Below are positions 1 to 9,844 of a stretch of 64,000 nucleotides of DNA, piece after piece. This stretch comes from a virus. The translations under genes and the position numbers were made by a program. Location of the stretch: IMG/VR virus record IMGVR_UViG_3300047551_003251; one strand, written 5' to 3'. Under the pieces are notes generated by a model. It searched no databases and was not told the DNA's origin. It saw nothing but the letters and a program-made list of their open reading frames with translations. Position 1 is the first letter of the stretch, and each line of letters starts with the position of its first letter.

Positions 1-1197
1 TTAGTTCCTGTACTGAATCTTGGCCTGCAACCGCTGGCTAATTCTTACAAGAAAAGTGCCGATGAGGCAGAATCGACTTATCCGCTGGCGATTAATCGCT
101 GTAGTAGATGTTACCACGTGCAGCTGACGCACGCTGTTAATCCTGATTTGCTATTTAAGAACTATCTGTACGTGTCCGGCACATCAAATACGCAGCTGGC
201 GTATTTTGATTGGTTTGCAAAACGCGCGCTTGCAAAGTTCGATAAGCCAGCGCACGAGCTTAAAGTTCTTGACATTGGATGTAACGACGGCTCGCAGCTG
301 GATGCGTTTAAATCACACGGCGTAGCGCACACTTACGGAATTGACCCGGCGCAAAATCTGCACGAACGTAGCGCGCAGCGGCACACTGTACTATGTGGTT
401 ACTTTAACCACGTATCACGTGATTGGTTTATTGAAACAATGGTGGAGCCAAACCCCACGTTTGACATCATCATTTGCCAAAACGCGTTTCCCCATAACTA
501 CGACCAGCTGGAATTTTTGCAGAACGCAGCGAAGCTAATGCATGATAACTCGCAGTTAATAATAACTACGAGCCAGATTGATATGCTCCCCAATCGTGAA
601 TTTGACACGATCTACCATGAGCATTTGTCGTTCTACAACATACAATCCATGCAAGCAATTTGCGCACGCGCAGAGTTGAATTTAATGGATTTTGAAGAAC
701 ATCCGATTCACGGAACCAGTGGTATTTATACGCTGATCAAACCTGACATGGGATACCCGGCTGTAAACGCGCGGTGGCGCGAAGAATCAGCTGCGGGGTT
801 TTACTCATTTGAGTTATATGAAGACTACGCACGAAGTGCATGGCGCACTATTCTGCGGTTCAAAGAAACTGTAGAGCGTTACGCCAATGAAGGTTATGTT
901 GTTGTAGGTTACGGCGCGGCGGCTAAAGGCAACACGCTACTGAACGCGGCTAATGTTAAGCTGCATTGCATTGTAGACGACAATCCGCTTAAGCAAGGTT
1001 TGTTTACACCCGGCGTCAGCATACCGATTGTGTCGCCAGCTTATCTAAATCAGTTAAGCGACAAGCCTGTGTTATTTGTACCACTGGCTTGGAATTTCTT
1101 TGATGAAATCGCTGCGCGTATTAAGACAATTCGCGGCGGTCGTCGGGATTTATACTTGCGTTATTTTCCTACCTTGGATGTAACTTATGGCGTTTGA
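1..1197 (+). CDS. NDP-hexose C-methyltransferase-like class I SAM methyltransferase, 5'-truncated by window edge
   Basis: Frame is open from base 1 (LVPVLNLGLQPLANSY...YPLAINRCSRCYHVQL, the Zn-binding N-terminal part) into the 118..1197 ORF; SAM motif VLDIGCNDG, FDTIYHEHLSFY, C-terminal GYGAAAKGNTLLN. Confidence 0.9.
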   Translation, partial: LVPVLNLGLQPLANSYKKSADEAESTYPLAINRCSRCYHVQLTHAVNPDLLFKNYLYVSGTSNTQLAYFDWFAKRALAKFDKPAHELKVLDIGCNDGSQLDAFKSHGVAHTYGIDPAQNLHERSAQRHTVLCGYFNHVSRDWFIETMVEPNPTFDIIICQNAFPHNYDQLEFLQNAAKLMHDNSQLIITTSQIDMLPNREFDTIYHEHLSFYNIQSMQAICARAELNLMDFEEHPIHGTSGIYTLIKPDMGYPAVNARWREESAAGFYSFELYEDYARSAWRTILRFKETVERYANEGYVVVGYGAAAKGNTLLNAANVKLHCIVDDNPLKQGLFTPGVSIPIVSPAYLNQLSDKPVLFVPLAWNFFDEIAARIKTIRGGRRDLYLRYFPTLDVTYGV

Positions 1198-1807
1198 CCA
1201 TCCGCGCACAGTAAACATCAGCTCTTTAATGAGTAAATGCGCTGCATTAGGCATGCAAGATTTTGCAAGCTTAATTCATATCAGCCATTACGTGCTTGAG
1301 ACTGCACCGCTTGATGGCGCGCTTGTTGAATTTGGTTGCTACAAGGGCGACACGGCTAAATTGATTACAGCGCTTACGACTAAGCCACTCTACGTGTATG
1401 ACAGCTTTGCCGGGCTGCCGGATACTGGCGAGACAACCCCAGGTGAAATGGCAGTCAGCATAAATACGCTGGTTGAAAACTTTCAAGCCGACAATCTTAG
1501 ACTGCCAATCATAAGAAAAGGCTGGTTTAACGAGCTGTCGGCGCAGGATCTACCGGAAAAAATTAGCTTTGCGCATTTAGACGGCGATTTGTATAGCAGC
1601 ACAATGGAAGCGTTGCGGTTAGTTTACGGCAAACTAGTACCGGGAGCCGTGTTACTTATTGACGATTACGACAACCGGGAGAACAGAGAGTGGCACGGGC
1701 CGCGCAACGCTGTACACGAATTTTTCGGCAACAAGGCTGAAAAACCTGTGGAGTTACGCGGGATAAACGGTGATTACCTATACAAGGCGCTAATTAAAAA
1801 ACGGTAA
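1187..1807 (+). CDS. TylF/MycF-family O-methyltransferase
   Basis: GALVEFGCYKG, YVYDSFAGLP, KGWF, FAHLDGDLYSS, LIDDY motifs. Confidence 0.85.
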   Translation: MAFDHPRTVNISSLMSKCAALGMQDFASLIHISHYVLETAPLDGALVEFGCYKGDTAKLITALTTKPLYVYDSFAGLPDTGETTPGEMAVSINTLVENFQADNLRLPIIRKGWFNELSAQDLPEKISFAHLDGDLYSSTMEALRLVYGKLVPGAVLLIDDYDNRENREWHGPRNAVHEFFGNKAEKPVELRGINGDYLYKALIKKR

Positions 1808-1900
1808 ATCAAGTTACACGTTTACGTGAATTTGCTACAATTGGGCGCGTAATCGCGATTTGCACGATGCAAATGACCCCAGGCGTCGAAAGGACTCAAC

Positions 1901-3583
1901 ATGCCTTCTCCAGATGGAATTCATCCATATGGCCGCGTTGGCATCAACCACGCGCAGCCGGAAGTGGGTATAGACTACCCACTTGTGGGTGTTCCATCGT
2001 CTGATATCGCGCAGCTGCTTGCGGATCTGTGCTTGGATTACGAAGATCCAGCTGACTACAACTCCGCATTAACCGCTTACGAGTTGCCATTCCGAATTGA
2101 ATGGATTGCAGGATTTGGGACTGACCCTGCTACCGGCTCGCCATCTGCCCCCGTAAACAGCGCTGATATCATAATCGTTGACGCAAATAACGATGTCGTA
2201 TTTGATTCGCGCTCTGCGACTATACTGCTGGACCGCGCATGGGGTCCACGCTTATGGATATACGAGTGGCTGTCTGACACCGCACATCTTACGGTTGTGC
2301 GCCACGCAGCGTGGGCACCTGAAGCCACGCCTGTCACTTACTCTTACGCGTTTAATCCGACACATGCGGTACTGCACGCGCGTACCGTACGGCGGCTACC
2401 CAAACGGCTAAAGACAGCGTCAGCATTACTTACGACTTTAACAAATGCACCGTTTGATTTGGCCGCAGAATACAACATGGAGATTGCGGCGGAAACTATT
2501 ACGCGTGGTTCTAGAAACATAACGCGCGTCACATTTAATGCAAACCCAGGCGCGGGGCTTGGCGTATACCCCGACTGCGAAGAAGAGTTGCAGGTTATTA
2601 CCAAAATTAACAACATACCGCCAACAGAAAGTGGTCATTTCTTTATAAGTGCAGATGGTTGTTATTTTGTAAGGCAGCCAGTGCTTGTAATATCCGAAGA
2701 CCCGCGGCAAACCTATCCCAGCGTACTGCTGTATCCTTACAACGAAATAGACGAGTCTTTATTAACTGGACCAGATCCACTTGCTGGTACAACTACCGCA
2801 GCTGTTGGTTGGCCTACAAGTAAAGAATACGCGCACTTATACCTTGGTAATGACTGCGTACCATGCTGCGACTGCGCGGATTATGTAGACGCGGCGCAGT
2901 TTATCATTCGAGAAGCCGGTGAATTTAAGAAGCTGGCTAAAGAAGCGCACGCCGCTGCGCGCGAGTACGAAGCTGTTAGAACCCGATTTATAAACGATAA
3001 GGATTGTCGCACGCGTTTCCCAATTCGCGTTGCGCTGCAGCCGCAAGCTTGCCCGACCATTGATGTTTTAGTGCAGTTCTGTAATCAAACAGATACGTGT
3101 TTAACAGATTTGGTGTTAAACCTGGAGCTCGACGCTAACGGCGGTATCGGCGAGGAGATGGCCGGCTATACACAAGTAAAAGGTGCGCATTTTGGCAATC
3201 CTGGAAACTTAAAACCACTGGTCGAGCGCGCGCAGCTTAACGGCGCGTGGCCTAACTACTCAATGACGTGGGAGTATGTACCGCCGCATGCGTCTGTATA
3301 TTTCCGCGCAAGATTTTCATTCGATAATTGCGGTGGTATTCAGGTCGATCCGCTGGCACCTGGAAGCGAACTTGAGCCGTACGTAATAACTGCAATTGCA
3401 ACGGCAACTGTTAATGGTCAAACTTTGATGCTGCCGCTACGTGAAAACTCAAACGATGAAGTGCAAGAACAGGCATCTGGTTCTGCAGTAGCGGCATTAC
3501 GTTGCCCTGCGACGCAAGAAGACGTAGCGCCTAAAAACTTCTGTGTAATACCTACCAGCTTACCTGACCCAATCGGCGGTTAA
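1901..3583 (+). CDS. Cys-rich virion tail/baseplate-like protein (paralog 1)
   Basis: 560-aa ORF, SD AAAGGA; GAGLG..C and TKINNIPP..G motifs shared with the next three genes; structural role is inferred. Confidence 0.55.
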   Translation: MPSPDGIHPYGRVGINHAQPEVGIDYPLVGVPSSDIAQLLADLCLDYEDPADYNSALTAYELPFRIEWIAGFGTDPATGSPSAPVNSADIIIVDANNDVVFDSRSATILLDRAWGPRLWIYEWLSDTAHLTVVRHAAWAPEATPVTYSYAFNPTHAVLHARTVRRLPKRLKTASALLTTLTNAPFDLAAEYNMEIAAETITRGSRNITRVTFNANPGAGLGVYPDCEEELQVITKINNIPPTESGHFFISADGCYFVRQPVLVISEDPRQTYPSVLLYPYNEIDESLLTGPDPLAGTTTAAVGWPTSKEYAHLYLGNDCVPCCDCADYVDAAQFIIREAGEFKKLAKEAHAAAREYEAVRTRFINDKDCRTRFPIRVALQPQACPTIDVLVQFCNQTDTCLTDLVLNLELDANGGIGEEMAGYTQVKGAHFGNPGNLKPLVERAQLNGAWPNYSMTWEYVPPHASVYFRARFSFDNCGGIQVDPLAPGSELEPYVITAIATATVNGQTLMLPLRENSNDEVQEQASGSAVAALRCPATQEDVAPKNFCVIPTSLPDPIGG

Positions 3584-3597
3584 AGACAAGGGTTGTT

Positions 3598-5202
3598 ATG
3601 AGCGTTCGTACGCGTAATTGGTATGCTGCCCGCGGAACTCAAGCCTATCCGGTTGATGAGAACGCCACCGGTATAAGCGATGAAGGTACATCGCTGCCAC
3701 ACGATATTGTCGTGGACTGCTCATTAAACTGGGATCCAAGTTATGGGCAGTACGCGTTTATCAGTAGCGTAACTGTTACACCAAAGATCGTATCGATTAT
3801 CATCTCTGCGTGTAATAGCACCACAACGGTTACAGGGTTTACGCCGCTCGCTGTTGTAACGACGCCGCAGCCAGTTACCGCATTTACACATTATGCCGTA
3901 GAGGCGTTACAAGCTGGCGTGGCGGGATTTATCGTATTTGGTGACGTAGCCGATACGTATACTGGGCGGTTCAGCACACCTGCCCAAAGTTTACTGCGCC
4001 CAGCGTGCGCCTACCCCGCACACGGCTTCTCGGTGCCGACAGTTAGAAAGTATGGGCTGGATAATGGTTTGAAAGGACTGGTTCAACTTATCGGAGCTGA
4101 CGATATTGAAGTCGTACCTACGCAAGTCACGATCAATAACGTTGAAACAGATGTTATTGCGTTTAGATTACGTGCGTCAACAACGCTTAGAAATCCGCTT
4201 AGAGAATATATCGGCCCGTGCGGCAACAGACCTGAAAGCGAAAACTGTGTTGATGCCGGTATTGAAACCATTAACGAAATCGTCCCAGATGAGTTTGGAA
4301 ACATAAACATTATTTTCCAAGACATGATCGTAGGGCCGTATGGCGAGTCCTGTTCAAGCGAAGCCGCCGGTGTAACGATTGATCAAGAACTGGGGCTTGC
4401 CGATGTCTGTCCTGATAATGACTACGGTAAATTTTCCGGCAGTGCGCGTTGCAGCTTAAACGACTACAGTTTTTCGTCAGAATCATCCAGTTCTGGTTCC
4501 GGTAGCGAATCATCCGTTGGTGAATGCTCACTTCCGCTATCAATCGACTGGGATTACAGCAGCTCGTCACTAGCTGATACCGGGTTTGTTACAAAACTTG
4601 GCAGTTTTGAAAATCAAGAATACGCCGGTAGCCGCGTGTACGTAGCCACCGACAACACCACGCGTAACTTGGCACTTAAACAAGATTGCTTACTTCCAGA
4701 GTTGTACGGTAAAGAGATTTCAGTTGAATTTAGCTTGCCTAGCGATACGTTTCGTAACGCAATGCTGGTGTTTAATTACCGTACCGTGTTATCCGGCGGG
4801 GCGCACGTTGAGTATTTCGGTCTGGAAGCCGACGCGCGGCTTGGGCTGCTTAGTCTAATGCGATTTAATGGAACATCGCTGGTCACGGATTACGCTGTGC
4901 CGCTGTCTAACGGTATAGCAAAAGACCACTGGTACAAACTTAGAGTTAAGGTCGCACAGCAGTCTGAAACTGTTACATGCCTGTATCTTGAAATTACAGG
5001 TGTTACAAACACTAGCTGGCCGGGCGTAGCGTTTACATTCTTAACTAAAAAGTATTACTACGGCGAACATCGTTTTTATGGCATATCTGCCTTACGCACA
5101 GCCGCGCGCTTTGACAATTTCATACTTAAAGACGTAAGCCAAGCTGGCATTTGTACAGGACTTGGTGGGTTGTTTGGACCTATTGGCGGAGCAACGCCAT
5201 GA
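3598..5202 (+). CDS. Tail/baseplate-like protein (paralog 2) with Ser-rich linker and C-terminal beta-sandwich/lectin-like domain
   Basis: ETINEIVPDEFGNINI tail motif; SSESSSSGSGSESS linker; C-terminal HWYKLRVKV...GISA...ARFDNF resembles a ConA/LamG-type fold. Confidence 0.55.
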   Translation: MSVRTRNWYAARGTQAYPVDENATGISDEGTSLPHDIVVDCSLNWDPSYGQYAFISSVTVTPKIVSIIISACNSTTTVTGFTPLAVVTTPQPVTAFTHYAVEALQAGVAGFIVFGDVADTYTGRFSTPAQSLLRPACAYPAHGFSVPTVRKYGLDNGLKGLVQLIGADDIEVVPTQVTINNVETDVIAFRLRASTTLRNPLREYIGPCGNRPESENCVDAGIETINEIVPDEFGNINIIFQDMIVGPYGESCSSEAAGVTIDQELGLADVCPDNDYGKFSGSARCSLNDYSFSSESSSSGSGSESSVGECSLPLSIDWDYSSSSLADTGFVTKLGSFENQEYAGSRVYVATDNTTRNLALKQDCLLPELYGKEISVEFSLPSDTFRNAMLVFNYRTVLSGGAHVEYFGLEADARLGLLSLMRFNGTSLVTDYAVPLSNGIAKDHWYKLRVKVAQQSETVTCLYLEITGVTNTSWPGVAFTFLTKKYYYGEHRFYGISALRTAARFDNFILKDVSQAGICTGLGGLFGPIGGATP

Positions 5203-5948
5203 GCGAACGCGTTCAAAACTTTGAATTTAGAGATGACTACAGAAGTTCGCACTACCCGTTTTCTGATAGTGCCGGCCGCATCAGTAATGAATACCGGCGC
5301 GTGATTGCGGCGGGTACGTTTATTGATGCACTGCTTTATCCTATCGGTGCTACCTCCAACGTGTACCTGTCGCAAATCGACATTACCGCACAGTTTGCCA
5401 CATTTAGTCTTGCAGACCTGCGGCGCCGTGTGCTGGCTACCGGAGTTGTCGATTTGCTGGACGCGCCTGACATAATCTATTTTTACGACAACTACTCAAG
5501 ACCAGCGGGTACGATTGTAGCGGCACCGCTGTCGCTATCGCAGTTTAGCGCCTGGGAACTTGGAACGCATACGTTCAGCAGCGTGCAAACTGAGTTTGTA
5601 GCTTCTTGCCTTAAAATTCCAGTCAATAACGGCGTACAAGGTTTTACGACAGAAACCGAAGAATTGTTTGCCGGCGATGTGTATCTACTGGGTGAAAACG
5701 GCGTCACGCTCACCGCAGCTGGCGACGTAATTACGGTACACGCAGTCGGCGATCCTCTCTATCGCAGAGTTGAATGCTTACCAACTGCTAAGTTTGTTCC
5801 TCCAAGTTTCTTTTTGACAATCAACGGTTGCCCGCCTGATCAGTATGGCAACTTCAACATTACCGTAGGCGACAACATTACGGCAGACACGATTGTGCGC
5901 GTGGTACAAACCGACAGCGGTTTAGAGATAAGAGCGATAGGTACATAA
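5199..5948 (+). CDS. Tail/baseplate-like protein (paralog 3)
   Basis: Start moved to ATG 5199 (ATGA overlap with the previous stop); HYPF, LTINGCPPDQYGNFNI motifs. Confidence 0.55.
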   Translation: MSERVQNFEFRDDYRSSHYPFSDSAGRISNEYRRVIAAGTFIDALLYPIGATSNVYLSQIDITAQFATFSLADLRRRVLATGVVDLLDAPDIIYFYDNYSRPAGTIVAAPLSLSQFSAWELGTHTFSSVQTEFVASCLKIPVNNGVQGFTTETEELFAGDVYLLGENGVTLTAAGDVITVHAVGDPLYRRVECLPTAKFVPPSFFLTINGCPPDQYGNFNITVGDNITADTIVRVVQTDSGLEIRAIGT

Positions 5949-6901
5949 TGTCTAGAGCACCAGCATACAACGAAAATCAATACCGCGATTATCCGTTTAT
6001 AACGGTAGTGCAGCCTATTGATAGCAACTCCAGCGCCAGTGCTTTGTTTGAGCATCTACCTTCAGCAGCTATTGTAGATTTTGGCTGCATCATGGACTTA
6101 GACGCCAATTTTAGTGAGGGCGATTATGTATACCTCGATAAGATTGAACGCGACGGCGCAATTTTAACTTTCTACTTTGGCTGCACTTCCAATACAGAAC
6201 AGTTAATCTTTGCCCGCGACACAGCAACTGCAGCAGAATGGGAAATACAGTGGGTTGAATCTGAAATAGTTGAAGGCCCGTCTTACGACAGCCAGATTGA
6301 AGATAACGTTGAAGTGCCTGTATGCCGGACTGAAGGCGCGTGGCGTGGCTTTTTAGTAACTGGCAAATTTGATGAGCTACTGACGCTCATAGCTGACGGC
6401 GATACGTTAACATTTGCAACCGGACTGTGGCAAATTGAGCCGTCAAAAATTCAAAACATTTACAAGCACTATGTGCGCAGCGTAACTGTACTAAATCGAA
6501 AGCGCACGCTGGTTACAGATGAAACTGTGAACTACGGTGTTGTTGTTTACGACGCGTGCTTAAACGGTAACTTGAAGTTTAGAGAAGGTTACAACTGCTC
6601 TATTTTACAGAACGACGCAGCTAATCAGCTAATATTTAAAGGTGCAGTCGGCGCGGGTCAAGGAGAGCCGTGCGCAGAGGTGTCGTTAAGTATTGGAGAA
6701 GTGCCACCTGATGACGGTTCGTATCTAACTGGCGGGCCACGTTGCGGCGACGTACTTAAAACCATTAACGGGAAGGGTGGTAAAAGCATAACTATAAAAG
6801 GCGGACCTGGTTTTACCGTAGAAGCAGACCCAGAGACGTCAACGTTAACAATAACACGTGACCTATCGCAATTTACAAAATGCGGGTCTAACGTAACATG
6901 A
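5948..6901 (+). CDS. Tail/baseplate-like protein (paralog 4)
   Basis: DYPF, LPSAAIVDF, GAGQGEPC, LKTINGK motifs; coupled starts and stops. Confidence 0.55.
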   Translation: MSRAPAYNENQYRDYPFITVVQPIDSNSSASALFEHLPSAAIVDFGCIMDLDANFSEGDYVYLDKIERDGAILTFYFGCTSNTEQLIFARDTATAAEWEIQWVESEIVEGPSYDSQIEDNVEVPVCRTEGAWRGFLVTGKFDELLTLIADGDTLTFATGLWQIEPSKIQNIYKHYVRSVTVLNRKRTLVTDETVNYGVVVYDACLNGNLKFREGYNCSILQNDAANQLIFKGAVGAGQGEPCAEVSLSIGEVPPDDGSYLTGGPRCGDVLKTINGKGGKSITIKGGPGFTVEADPETSTLTITRDLSQFTKCGSNVT

Positions 6902-7854
6902 GCGATCTATTCTTCCCTTCAATTCGTTGCGATCTTCCGTCGCTGCCCGCGCCGGACTTTGATTTCGTATCTTCTTGTGATATTTCACCACCGCCGGGTC
7001 CAATCATGGATTGCCCGGTAATCGATATTGAAATTGATCCACCGGTCGTGGCTTTTCCGTGTCCGCCTCTAAATTTTTCAGGTGGTATTGGTTACGGAGG
7101 TGGATTCGGGTTTACTATCGGCACCGTTAGTAATAGCGAAGATTGCGGCGTTGACGTTTCAATTTCAATCACAATTCCTGATCCTGCAGAACCGCCGTGC
7201 CCCGATATCAATATCGATGGCACAATCGGCTACGGTAACGATTTTGGTTTCGCTATCACAGCACTGAGCGCGGGATCTGGCAGCTGCGCAATTGATTTTA
7301 GCCTTGATATTACCATCCCAGAGCCGCCAGAACCGCCGCTGCCGCCTTGCCCCGAATTCAACGTTAACACGAATTTGGTTGTAAGCAATACGCCCGGATT
7401 TGGGATGACGATAGTAAATACTGGAAGTCTTTCTTCTTGCGTATTTGACGTCAACGTCGATGTTAGTATTCCGTCGTTTCAGTGTCCTGAAATCAATCTT
7501 AACACCAGTCTGGCGGGCTGCGGTACATTTACCGGAAATATAGTAACGGACCCTGAGGCGTGTACGTTTGACATAGATTTGTTTATTGATTTAAGTGAAT
7601 GTTCGCCGGGCGGTGACATATTCAATTTTTACTTCTACTCGTTTTTCTATGACTTCTGGTACAGCTTCTGGTACACGTTCTGGTATGCCTGGTGGGATTC
7701 TTATGGCGATAGCGGCGGAGACTCTGGCTGCGCGTGTATAAAGTGCGGCTCGGCGATGGACACAAGCACTGTGTACTGTATCGATGTTGGTGGCGCCACT
7801 TGGTACTTTAATGACTGCGGGCAGTTTGTTGGCGTTCTGGTTCCAACCGCTTAA
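6898..7854 (+). CDS. Pro/Cys-rich protein with four ~45-aa internal repeats and an aromatic tract (putative fibre/virion protein)
   Basis: Repeats begin FPCPPLN/PPCPDIN/PPCPEFN/FQCPEIN; tract FNFYFYSFFYDFWYSFWYTFWYAWW. Confidence 0.55.
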   Translation: MSDLFFPSIRCDLPSLPAPDFDFVSSCDISPPPGPIMDCPVIDIEIDPPVVAFPCPPLNFSGGIGYGGGFGFTIGTVSNSEDCGVDVSISITIPDPAEPPCPDINIDGTIGYGNDFGFAITALSAGSGSCAIDFSLDITIPEPPEPPLPPCPEFNVNTNLVVSNTPGFGMTIVNTGSLSSCVFDVNVDVSIPSFQCPEINLNTSLAGCGTFTGNIVTDPEACTFDIDLFIDLSECSPGGDIFNFYFYSFFYDFWYSFWYTFWYAWWDSYGDSGGDSGCACIKCGSAMDTSTVYCIDVGGATWYFNDCGQFVGVLVPTA

Positions 7855-7874
7855 ACCGCTTTAAAGGTAGTGTT

Positions 7875-8801
7875 TTGTATATGTTTTCAAGCAGTAGCGC
7901 TAGTTTTTCAAAAAACTTTGTTGTGCTGCACTCGGCGGCTGAAGCTGCTGCGTTTTTTCCAAATGCAAAAAAAATATTACCTGTTACAGAAATTTACCCG
8001 GCTAACACACCGGCGCAGCTTACTACGTCTTTAATTAAAAACAAAAAAATGGACGTAGGAAAACTAGCGTTTCCTATTCAATCACTTGGAGCTTACGATT
8101 GGTACTCTCCGCATTTAGCCGCACCGCCAGAATGCGTTACGTTGAACACGAGCTGCAGTGTGGACGCGTGTCCGCCCGGTTGCTTTACCTCAAACGTGTC
8201 GTATGTACTGGATGAACAAGGAGGTCAAACTGCGCCTGCGTGGGATGTGCAATTTACAGTTTCACCGGCCGCTCCTTGCCCTGGTGATGTTGTAACAATA
8301 TTAATCAATCCAATGTCGCCACTGGACGCGCCGGGCACTGGAGATCCCGCGCCGCAACTTTCATTTGCTACAAACATCGGCACCGTTTCAATAACAAATT
8401 TAACGCCGTGGGATCCTGCTATAGATGCAGTGTTATTAGGTAGCAAAGATTATTTTGGTCCAGGCGGAACAATATTACAGTGGAACTACATTGTTGATCC
8501 GTCTAATCGCTATATTACGTCAATTGAATTTAACTTGCTACTTCCGGAAACTGCTTGTACCGGTAACGGTTTTATTGAAATATCAATGCCACACAGCCAA
8601 GCAGAAACTTGGATTTTAAGACTTGAATGTTGTCCTAGCTCCGGCTCCGTAATTTTGATTCCAGAATGGCGAAGTTTTGTAAGTGACTGTCCGCCAGAAA
8701 GTTGCATGTCAATTGGTGGTAACGGATGGTTGTCGCCATTTACAGATAGCGCACCGTCATGCGAAAGTGGAAGCCTTTCGTTACCGGAAGACCCAATATA
8801 A
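7875..8801 (+). CDS. Pro/Cys-rich hypothetical protein, likely virion-associated
   Basis: 308-aa ORF within the structural run; start uncertain (TTG 7875 or ATG 7881). Confidence 0.5.
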   Translation: MYMFSSSSASFSKNFVVLHSAAEAAAFFPNAKKILPVTEIYPANTPAQLTTSLIKNKKMDVGKLAFPIQSLGAYDWYSPHLAAPPECVTLNTSCSVDACPPGCFTSNVSYVLDEQGGQTAPAWDVQFTVSPAAPCPGDVVTILINPMSPLDAPGTGDPAPQLSFATNIGTVSITNLTPWDPAIDAVLLGSKDYFGPGGTILQWNYIVDPSNRYITSIEFNLLLPETACTGNGFIEISMPHSQAETWILRLECCPSSGSVILIPEWRSFVSDCPPESCMSIGGNGWLSPFTDSAPSCESGSLSLPEDPI

Positions 8802-8818
8802 CAATTTGAATCTGGACT

Positions 8819-9844
8819 ATGCAAAAGTTCATACTGAAACATCGACGATCCCCCGGCGATATCGTTGTCATGACTGCGTTGCCACGGGATATCGCATTAA
8901 CTTATCCAGGTAAGTATCAAATTGGTGTCGATACTAGCTTTAGCGGGCTGTGGGATAATAACCCTTACTTAGTTCGCTTGGACAAAAAAGACAAAACAGT
9001 AAAAGTCATTGATCTGGATTACGGCGAGGGTATTCGAAAACAGCGCCAAGAGACTGTTCATTTCTTGACTTACTTCCATAAAGATTTCACCAAGAAAACT
9101 GGTATACCAGTAAGCCTGCAGAAACCTTACGGCGATATCCATCTAACTACACAAGAGCGCGACGCGTATAGACTCAAAAGCCGCTACTGGGTAATCAATG
9201 CGGGCGGCAAGTCCGACGCGACGGTTAAAGTTTGGTGGACGAAGTATTTTCAAGAAACAGTATTTTTATTGAAACGACACGGTATTGAAGTCGTACAAGT
9301 AGGTGCTACAGATAAAGATCACTGGCATCCAAAGCTGACTGATGTGGTTAGCCTGGTGGGGCGTACTAACCTACGACAGCTCGCTGCAGTTATTTCAAAT
9401 GCAGATGGTGTTATTTCTGGCGTTACCGCTGTTATGCATATGGCTGCCGCGCTGCAGCGTCCCTGCGTGGTGGTCAGCGGCGGGCGGGAAGCTTGGTACT
9501 GGGAGGCATATGTACGTGAGAATGCTGGTTTAGGCGGTCTTGATGTGGCGGAAAAGCTAGCTGTCCCGCATCGTTTTTTACATACCATTGGGCTACTGGA
9601 TTGCTGCAAACACTGCGGCTGCTGGAAAAATAAAGTAGTCCCAAACGGTAAAGATAAATTGATATGCCTTAAGCCTGTAAAAGGTCTGACTCAAACTGTA
9701 CCGGCGTGCATGGATATGATTACACCCGAGATGGTCGAGCAGGCTGTGCTAAGTTATTATTACGACGGCACACTGCCGGAAATCGCAGAGACTGCGTTAA
9801 GTCGTGATACTAAAGCACTGTGGGAAGCAAATGAGTACGTATGA
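8819..9844 (+). CDS. GT9-family (ADP-heptose-type) glycosyltransferase with C-terminal Cys cluster
   Basis: SPGDIVVMTA, NNPY, VQVG, LVGRTNLRQLAAVISNADGVISGVTAVMHMAAALQRPCVVV typical of GT9; C-terminal CCKHCGCW...C...CMDMITPEMV. Confidence 0.85.
   Translation: MQKFILKHRRSPGDIVVMTALPRDIALTYPGKYQIGVDTSFSGLWDNNPYLVRLDKKDKTVKVIDLDYGEGIRKQRQETVHFLTYFHKDFTKKTGIPVSLQKPYGDIHLTTQERDAYRLKSRYWVINAGGKSDATVKVWWTKYFQETVFLLKRHGIEVVQVGATDKDHWHPKLTDVVSLVGRTNLRQLAAVISNADGVISGVTAVMHMAAALQRPCVVVSGGREAWYWEAYVRENAGLGGLDVAEKLAVPHRFLHTIGLLDCCKHCGCWKNKVVPNGKDKLICLKPVKGLTQTVPACMDMITPEMVEQAVLSYYYDGTLPEIAETALSRDTKALWEANEYV

Noticed and set aside
7621-7695. DGR variable region in the aromatic tract
   Set aside because: No reverse transcriptase and no matching template repeat differing at adenines in the window.
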